Source: Patescibacteria group bacterium (GTDB lineage Bacteria; Patescibacteriota; Minisyncoccia; Phycocordibacterales; UBA9973). From it: a DNA stretch of 64,000 bases. The translations under genes and the position numbers were made by a program. Shown one piece after another: positions 57,977-64,000 of this stretch (position 1 is its first letter; every line of letters begins with the position of its first letter). The notes below the pieces were generated by a model that did no database searches, had not been told where the DNA came from, and was given only the letters and a program-made list of their open reading frames with translations. The stretch is from NCBI GenBank assembly GCA_040384805.1, contig JAZKIP010000008.1, positions 100,749 through 164,748 of the forward strand. The letters are read 5' to 3'.

Positions 57977-58160
57977 AGACCCATATTAGCGCTCTTTTTA
58001 ATAAGCAGTAAGGTAGGGTTAATTACAGATAAAAGCAAAACTTTAAGGAGCAACTAATTTATCTACAATAAACATGTAGTCCGAGCTCTGGATCATTCTG
58101 ACTGTTATCTGCAAGCACTAACGTAGTAGAATCAACTATGTATTAAAGTTCTCCATTGAA

Positions 58161-58529
58161 TTATTTTGAAACTTCTAATGCGACTGTTTTATTTTTACAA
58201 TCCACGATAGCTTTATACTTAAATTTTTCCATAAAGGCAATCCCAAGCAACGGGAGTCCATCCGTTATTAAAACAGTTATGTATATATTTTCGCCTTCCA
58301 TACTGGCGAGAGCAACAGCTGAACGTACGGCGATCAGTTCATTGGATGCTGTTCTCATTTTTGTTACTCCATCTATATTTAAACCTAATTCAACAGCAAT
58401 TTCAGGGGTAACTGCTAAATCACCAGTAAAGCCGGTATCTAAAACGAAATAAGGAGTTTGGACTGCTTGGCCCCATGCAATAGTAGCTTCGATCATAGGC
58501 TTATCGCCTTCGATAAATTTTCCGATCAT
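58161..58529 (-). CDS. retropepsin-like (clan AA) aspartyl protease
   Basis: VLDTGFTGDLAV has the catalytic D-T-G. Confidence 0.65.
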   Translation of the reverse strand: MIGKFIEGDKPMIEATIAWGQAVQTPYFVLDTGFTGDLAVTPEIAVELGLNIDGVTKMRTASNELIAVRSAVALASMEGENIYITVLITDGLPLLGIAFMEKFKYKAIVDCKNKTVALEVSK

Positions 58530-58531
58530 AT

Positions 58532-58831
58532 TTATTTAACGGCCATGAGATGTGCCATTGTTTCAGCGGCATCAAAGCCGATTTTTTTTACAAAAAAAAC
58601 TTTGTTAGGATGTTCTGCTTTAGCTAAAACTACTGCTTCAGCACTTGTTGGAGAAAGATATATATCTTCACTTTCAATATCGATAGCTAAAAACTTGCCC
58701 TTGTTAGTCTCATTCTCATATTGACCTCTTATTTTCTCATAGATTTTAGCGCCTTCAGTAGCGATATGCTGAAGATCGGTTGTCTTTAGAAGTTCTTCTG
58801 GATTCATAAATGATGACTTATTGCTTTGCAA
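58532..58831 (-). CDS. small protein, possibly DUF5678-like, coupled to the aspartyl protease
   Basis: 3-nt gap to the protease gene. The family assignment is from memory only. Confidence 0.35.
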   Translation of the reverse strand: MQSNKSSFMNPEELLKTTDLQHIATEGAKIYEKIRGQYENETNKGKFLAIDIESEDIYLSPTSAEAVVLAKAEHPNKVFFVKKIGFDAAETMAHLMAVK

Positions 58832-59127
58832 GTTTCGCCTGCTATTACATTTTTACTATAGCATACACATGCATATTCGCGCTAACACCAGTATTTCCGT
58901 ATTCGACCTGTTATATTTAGAGTATAAATTTTTGACCTTAAAAAACTTCTAAATTTTTATATATAAGCCAACTATCGTTTCAGCTTATAATAGAAATTAT
59001 TCCTTTCTCCTTTTAAGATCGGAAATAAAAATATAATTCTGAGTCGCATTTTCAAAAACGCCTCATTTTTCTACCTCTTATGCATGCACTAGCAATTATC
59101 AAACATTCGTGGTATAGTGAAAAAATG

Positions 59128-59403
59128 ATGAAAAACATTTATAACAAAGGAATATCGACGCTTGAAGTTGTCATCATTGGGGTTATCATCCTGATCATCA
59201 TTATCATCGGTTTCGGATCAAACTACCGCACATTCGGGAACCAGCCTGTAACATATAGAACATTTAATCAGTATCAGACTGCCCCATCAAGGACAAGCTA
59301 TACAAGCTATCAACTGCCGAGCACAAGTTACACATACTCGTATCCTACGACTACTACGACAGGAGGTACGACAACTGTAACCACGCAGGAGATCGTTCAA
59401 TAG
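59128..59403 (+). CDS. prepilin-type N-terminal domain protein (putative pilin/pseudopilin) with Thr/Tyr/Ser-rich tail
   Basis: MKNIYNKGISTLEVVIIGVIILIII resembles the KG-(F/I)-TLxE cleavage/methylation motif. Confidence 0.45.
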   Translation: MKNIYNKGISTLEVVIIGVIILIIIIIGFGSNYRTFGNQPVTYRTFNQYQTAPSRTSYTSYQLPSTSYTYSYPTTTTTGGTTTVTTQEIVQ

Positions 59404-59431
59404 ATTGCGACGACACTACCATTCAAGCAGG

Positions 59432-59465
59432 AAAAGCGGCCGATAATAAGTGGCCGCTTTTGCTT
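59432..59465 (+). terminator. rho-independent terminator
   Basis: aaaagcggcc-gataataagt-ggccgctttt. Confidence 0.55.
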
Positions 59466-59530
59466 ATAGGCCGATACAAGGAGGATTGATATAATAGGTT
59501 GATGATTTTCAAAAATCATATTCTCACCAT

Positions 59531-60880
59531 ATGACTCACGAGAAAAAACATATAGGGATCATCGGATCAGGCAGATTTACGGAGACCCTTCTTCGCCTCT
59601 TCGGCAACGATTTTGCCATTATCGTCTGTGGACGAAATGATGCATCTCTTCGAGCGCTCAAGAAAAAACATGCCGTTCGAATAACGAAAGATCTCAAGGA
59701 CATGGCAGCATGCGATGCGGTTATTTTTGCCGTGCCGATATCGGCATTACAAGAAGTTCTCTCGCGTTACGCGCCCCTTGCTCCTCAGACGCAAACCTTG
59801 ATAGATGTGCTGTCGATAAAATCATATCCGAAAAGAGTTTTCAAAAAAATAATGAAAGGAAGACATTCCAATATCCTTCTCACTCATCCTCTCTTCGGCC
59901 CCGATAGCAGCAAGAAAGGATTCAAGGGTTTGCCGATCATGATCGACGACAGCATGTGTAACGGCAAAGAAGCGGGATTTTGGACCTCATATTTTAAAAA
60001 GAAAGACTTGAAGATAGTGCCTCTGTCATCAGAAGAGCATGACAAGCTTGCGGCGCGGTCGCAAGGGCTTGCTCATTTTATCGGCCGGGTCCTTGAAGAT
60101 TTTAACATCGAAAGTTCCCCTATCGACACTCTCGGAGCCAAGAAGCTCATGGAAATCAAGGAGCAGACCTGCAGCGACACACGAGAGCTTTTCTCGGATC
60201 TTCAGCACTATAATCCGTATACCAAAGCGATGAGAACGAGCCTCGGCAAAAGCTTTGACCGCATTTTCAACGCTCTTCTGCCTAAGAGATCAGATAATCG
60301 TTTTATTACATTCGGCATACAGGGAGCAGAGGGGAGTTTCTGCGAACAGGCGGCATTCGAGTACATAAAAAACAAAGGCATCAAAAATCCTTCGCTTAAA
60401 TACTTATACACATCAGAGAAAGTTCTCAACGAGCTTCATAAAGGAAATATCGATTTCGGACTATGCGCCCTTCACAACAGCCATGGCGGCGTCGTTGAGG
60501 AAACGCTTTATGCCGTAGCCCGTCATAGATGCGATATCGTTGAAGAATTCTCGATACGAGTCAGACATTTCTTGATGAAAAGAAAAGATATTCCTTCCGA
60601 GAAGATTTCTTCCATCATGGCCCATCCACAAGTGTTTAAGCAATGCAGGCATACTCTCGCGAAACTGTATCCGGAGCTCACAACGATAAGCGGAGCAGGT
60701 GATCTTGTCGATACGGCCCGGGCAGCGCAGGCTCTTTCTACAGGGGAAATTTCGAAAACATACGCTATCCTGGGATCCCGATCTATCGCCGATCTGTATA
60801 ACTTTGATATTATCGGAGAGGATCTTCAGGATGATAAGGATAATCATACGTCGTTCGTCGTATTAAAGAGAGCTCATTGA
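59531..60880 (+). CDS. bifunctional prephenate dehydrogenase / prephenate dehydratase fusion (TyrA-PheA), no ACT domain
   Basis: N-terminal IGIIGSGRFT Rossmann TyrA-like half. C-terminal PDT-like half with ITFGIQGAEGSFCEQAA and NHTSFVVL. Confidence 0.7.
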   Translation: MTHEKKHIGIIGSGRFTETLLRLFGNDFAIIVCGRNDASLRALKKKHAVRITKDLKDMAACDAVIFAVPISALQEVLSRYAPLAPQTQTLIDVLSIKSYPKRVFKKIMKGRHSNILLTHPLFGPDSSKKGFKGLPIMIDDSMCNGKEAGFWTSYFKKKDLKIVPLSSEEHDKLAARSQGLAHFIGRVLEDFNIESSPIDTLGAKKLMEIKEQTCSDTRELFSDLQHYNPYTKAMRTSLGKSFDRIFNALLPKRSDNRFITFGIQGAEGSFCEQAAFEYIKNKGIKNPSLKYLYTSEKVLNELHKGNIDFGLCALHNSHGGVVEETLYAVARHRCDIVEEFSIRVRHFLMKRKDIPSEKISSIMAHPQVFKQCRHTLAKLYPELTTISGAGDLVDTARAAQALSTGEISKTYAILGSRSIADLYNFDIIGEDLQDDKDNHTSFVVLKRAH

Positions 60881-61071
60881 CTCCTTTCTCCGGTTTTGTT
60901 ATAAATAAAATATGAATCGGATCGCGCAAAATTTTAGCTTCTGGTATTACACTCCCTACAATTTGAGGGCTGCTATTTTGCTTTATCGATAAATCTCCAT
61001 ACCAATACCAATGAAACAAAATAAGAGCCCTCAAAAGGCTCTTATTTTGTAACTTCAAAACAATAAATAGT

Positions 61072-61323
61072 ATGGAAACAGAAATTCTTCCTTCAGAAAC
61101 CACATTGCAATTTCAGGCTATTGTCGAAATTGTAAACCCTATGGATGATTCAAAAACATTCATAAAAGCAGAAGATGTATTCACTGTTATTATTTCTACC
61201 AACAGAAAAACAGTAGAAATCCAGCCGGTACATAAAGCGGCTGAGGTCATTGAGTACACTGAGTTTGAGGGCATGATAGAACAAAAACAAATCAAGAAGA
61301 TTGAAGAGACAATTACTGTTTAA
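61072..61323 (+). CDS. hypothetical protein
   Basis: ORF followed by a terminator. Confidence 0.4.
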   Translation: METEILPSETTLQFQAIVEIVNPMDDSKTFIKAEDVFTVIISTNRKTVEIQPVHKAAEVIEYTEFEGMIEQKQIKKIEETITV

Positions 61324-61342
61324 GGAGTAGGTATGGAATAAA

Positions 61343-61378
61343 ACAAAAAAAAGACCGGGCTTGCCTCGGTCTTTTTAT
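61343..61378. terminator. bidirectional terminator
   Basis: aaaaaaaagaccgggcttgcctcggtcttttt. Confidence 0.55.
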
Positions 61379-61989
61379 ATTGCCCCCATTTCTTCGAAAA
61401 CATTCTGGAACATCTTGATGACGCGGCGTCCTTCTACCTGGCTTAAGGGGAATTCCGAACCTTGGTGAGCTATCTGATTGCGGACCACATGAGCATCCCA
61501 TGCATTCTGGATCGAAGCATAGCCTGAGGAACGCGCGCCCTCGAGAAGTTCTGCGACCGTAGTGCCTTCAAAGCCCTTCTCTCTCAGGATTTCCTCAAGC
61601 ATGGTATCGGACTCAATGATGGCAACGCGCCAGTCTGATTCGTTCGGGCTCTCGATAAGCGTCAGGATATAGTGCCAGCGAGGATTTGCATTCCGCGTCT
61701 CTACCGCATCTCGCGCCAAAGCTTCATGGATTTCGTGATCAATCTCTCTTTTCTCATGAAGCTGGATCTCGCGCATGCGGACAAGAGAAAAGATAATGAT
61801 GGCGATAGCGAGAATGGAGAGCAGAGATGAGACAAGCCCGATCGTCGCCCATGTGTGAGAGTTCGTGAAAAATTCAATAATCGGGCGAGCTACTTGCACT
61901 ATCTTATTGAATACGTATTCAATATTGAGGTACGTAGGATCAAAGAGTGGCTTATCTATGATCGACTGTACGGTGTTTGACTGATCCAT
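61375..61989 (-). CDS. membrane-anchored protein with HEPN-like Rx4H motif
   Basis: One TM helix, and VRNQIAH near the C-terminus. Confidence 0.4.
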   Translation of the reverse strand: MDQSNTVQSIIDKPLFDPTYLNIEYVFNKIVQVARPIIEFFTNSHTWATIGLVSSLLSILAIAIIIFSLVRMREIQLHEKREIDHEIHEALARDAVETRNANPRWHYILTLIESPNESDWRVAIIESDTMLEEILREKGFEGTTVAELLEGARSSGYASIQNAWDAHVVRNQIAHQGSEFPLSQVEGRRVIKMFQNVFEEMGAI

Positions 61990-61999
61990 ATATTCTTAA

Positions 62000-63421
62000 T
62001 TATACTTGTTTTTCAAAATCTTTCCCAATTGCAAAAAGTATATCTTCACGGAAATGCGGCGCCATGATATGAAGTCCCAATGGCAAAGCGTCAGAAGTCG
62101 CGCCTGACGGAATAGATAGCGCAGGTACTCCTGTGATATTGGCAGGAACGGTAAAGAGATCCGACATGTACATGGCAATCGGGTCATTCGTCTTCTCGCC
62201 GAATTTAAACGGCGGAAATGGAACTGTCGGCGTTATGATCGCATCAACATCTTTAAATACGCCTGCAAGCTCGGATTTGATCGCTTCGCGAACTTTCACA
62301 GCCTTATTGTAATACGCGTCATAATAGCCATGAGATAAAATGTAGGTTCCGAGAAGAATACGCCTTCGCGCTTCCTTTCCGAATCCCCTGCCCCGCGTCT
62401 TGGCATACACATCATAGAGCTTGTCGCCAGGAACCGACAAGCCGTAGCGAATGCCATCATAACGGGCGAGATTGCTTGAAACTTCAGCCGGCTGGAGGAT
62501 GTAATAGACAGCCAAGGAATATTTAATAAGCGGCAATGATACGTCAACAAGCTTATACCCGGCATTTTTCAGTTTTTGGCAGCTCTCTTCAAAATTCTTA
62601 AGAACTTCCTGATTGATTCCGTCTCCCGAAAGGAAGGAACGCGGAATGCCGAGTCGCTTTTTAACAGGCGCTGTGACGCCATTCTTCCTGATTTCTTTCG
62701 GAATCGATGTGCTGTCATTCTCGTCATATCCGTCGATCGCCCCGTATAAGATCTCCACATCGCGAACTGTTTTTCCTATCGGGCTGACCTGATCAAGGGA
62801 ACTTGCCATTGAAACGATTCCAAAGCGCGACACGTTACCATACGTGGGCTTGAGCCCGACAAGGCCGGTAAAAGATGCCGGCTGGCGGACCGATCCGCCG
62901 GTATCGGAACCAAGGGAAACGAGAGCGCCATCCATGGCGACTGCCGCAACCGATCCGCCGGATGTTCCTCCGGGAACATAATCCCTGTTGACCGGATTGC
63001 GGGTTATGCCGTAAGCGCTTGTCTCAGTCGATGAACCCATGGCAAATTCATCCATATTCACGCGGCCGAGAAGCACTGCTCCCTCTTTTTTCAACTGCTT
63101 CACGACGCCGGCATCATAGGTAGCCCTGTAATTCTCCAGAATCTTCGATCCTGCCGAAGCGATATGGTCCTCGACAAGCATATTGTCTTTGAGAGCCACG
63201 GGGATTCCGGTCATGAGCGTTGCCGTGCCATGCGCGAACATTTCTTCGGCTTTGTGAGCCTGAGTCATGACATCGTCATACACCTCAAGATAGGCGTTTA
63301 TGTCGCCGTTTTTTTCTTTGATGCTATCGAGATAGGCAGCCGCTAAGTCACTCGGGCTAAAATCGCCGTTCTTAAAATAAGCATGCGTCTTTTCAATTGT
63401 CAGATTTTCAAGATCGATCAT
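62000..63421 (-). CDS. gatA: Asp-tRNA(Asn)/Glu-tRNA(Gln) amidotransferase subunit A
   Basis: Amidase signature GGTSGGSVAAVA...GSDTGGSVRQPA. Confidence 0.9.
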   Translation of the reverse strand: MIDLENLTIEKTHAYFKNGDFSPSDLAAAYLDSIKEKNGDINAYLEVYDDVMTQAHKAEEMFAHGTATLMTGIPVALKDNMLVEDHIASAGSKILENYRATYDAGVVKQLKKEGAVLLGRVNMDEFAMGSSTETSAYGITRNPVNRDYVPGGTSGGSVAAVAMDGALVSLGSDTGGSVRQPASFTGLVGLKPTYGNVSRFGIVSMASSLDQVSPIGKTVRDVEILYGAIDGYDENDSTSIPKEIRKNGVTAPVKKRLGIPRSFLSGDGINQEVLKNFEESCQKLKNAGYKLVDVSLPLIKYSLAVYYILQPAEVSSNLARYDGIRYGLSVPGDKLYDVYAKTRGRGFGKEARRRILLGTYILSHGYYDAYYNKAVKVREAIKSELAGVFKDVDAIITPTVPFPPFKFGEKTNDPIAMYMSDLFTVPANITGVPALSIPSGATSDALPLGLHIMAPHFREDILFAIGKDFEKQV

Positions 63422-63696
63422 AAAATTTGCTTGACCTTAAGGAAGCCATTCTCAGAATCAGGCATCTGCTCGAGGATTTTTTCCGTATATGAGCCGGGGG
63501 TATTCGTTACGGCATCGTTCCTCATGACATTTTCAATCACATACGAAGGTTCAATGTCCGACATTTCAGTCACTTCCTGAACCTGCCCGACATACGCCAA
63601 AATGGGATCGAATTGGTCGGCCATTTCCATCATTTCTTCTTCGGACATATCGAGACGAGCCATGGCTGCCAGATTTTTTATATCGCTTAGTTGCAT
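63418..63696 (-). CDS. gatC: Asp/Glu-tRNA amidotransferase subunit C
   Basis: Size, position overlapping the gatA start, and the GatC pattern. Confidence 0.85.
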   Translation of the reverse strand: MQLSDIKNLAAMARLDMSEEEMMEMADQFDPILAYVGQVQEVTEMSDIEPSYVIENVMRNDAVTNTPGSYTEKILEQMPDSENGFLKVKQIL

Positions 63697-63725
63697 ACGA
63701 TTAGAATACCATATTTTAACGATAT

Positions 63726-64000
63726 TTACAGCATTTCAAGGAATGCCGCCTCGTCAAGAACGATCACTCCTAATTTTATTGCGTCATTATGTTTGCCTCC
63801 CGGCTCGCTCCCGGCAACGACATATGACGTATTTTTTGAAACCGAGGAAGAGACTTTCCCGCCGAGATCCGTGATTTTCTTTTTGGCTTCATCTCGCGAC
63901 AGCGACGAAAGAGTGCCTGTCAAAACGAAGGTCTGTCCCGCAAACTTCCCGCCTTTCTGCTTTTGCGTTTTCTCTATAGTGACTCCATTGGCGCGAAGCT
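63726..64000 (-). CDS. ligA: NAD-dependent DNA ligase, C-terminal BRCT region (gene continues past the window end)
   Basis: [50 protein letters not shown] signature. The frame stays open to the window edge. Confidence 0.8.
   Translation of the reverse strand, partial: LRANGVTIEKTQKQKGGKFAGQTFVLTGTLSSLSRDEAKKKITDLGGKVSSSVSKNTSYVVAGSEPGGKHNDAIKLGVIVLDEAAFLEML

Noticed and set aside
1-64000. CRISPR arrays and rRNA genes
   Set aside because: No run of three or more regularly spaced direct repeats and no rRNA-like conserved stretches were seen. All repeats found are two-copy.

Overview
This window reads as a small-genome, AT-rich bacterial chromosome segment, possibly a CPR/Patescibacteria-like lineage, though lineage is not proven from sequence alone. 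Evidence for that impression: minus-strand gene bias, many small membrane or secreted hypothetical proteins, and few strong Shine-Dalgarno sites. The housekeeping backbone I can support: mgtC plus a P-type ATPase (truncated at the window start), an M23 peptidase, a DrrAB-like ABC exporter, a eukaryotic-type NADP isocitrate dehydrogenase, pyrG, ftsEX, prfB, ppa, gatCA, the 3' end of ligA, a TyrA-PheA fusion, and five tRNAs (Gln-CTG, Thr-CGT, two CAT, Asp-GTC). Roughly 33.0-47.0 kb looks like a mobile/accessory island, bounded on one side by tRNA-Gln and on the other by an inverted 20-nt copy of its 3' end. Inside it are an Ldh_2-family oxidoreductase, APH-like kinases, an M20 peptidase, a tightly coupled three-gene operon (DUF2188 / protein with a C-terminal PD-(D/E)xK nuclease motif / unknown), an IS200-like HUH transposase, a ParB-DNA methyltransferase fusion, a GIY-YIG nuclease with an unassigned C-terminal domain, a large serine recombinase, and a two-gene hypothetical operon. 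A second, decayed element with a Dam methyltransferase C-terminal fragment sits between tRNA-Asp and a 13-nt copy of its 3' end, followed by a kinase cassette flanked by perfect 46-bp direct repeats. No CRISPR array or rRNA was seen. All product calls rest on motifs read by eye from the supplied translations. No database searches were run.
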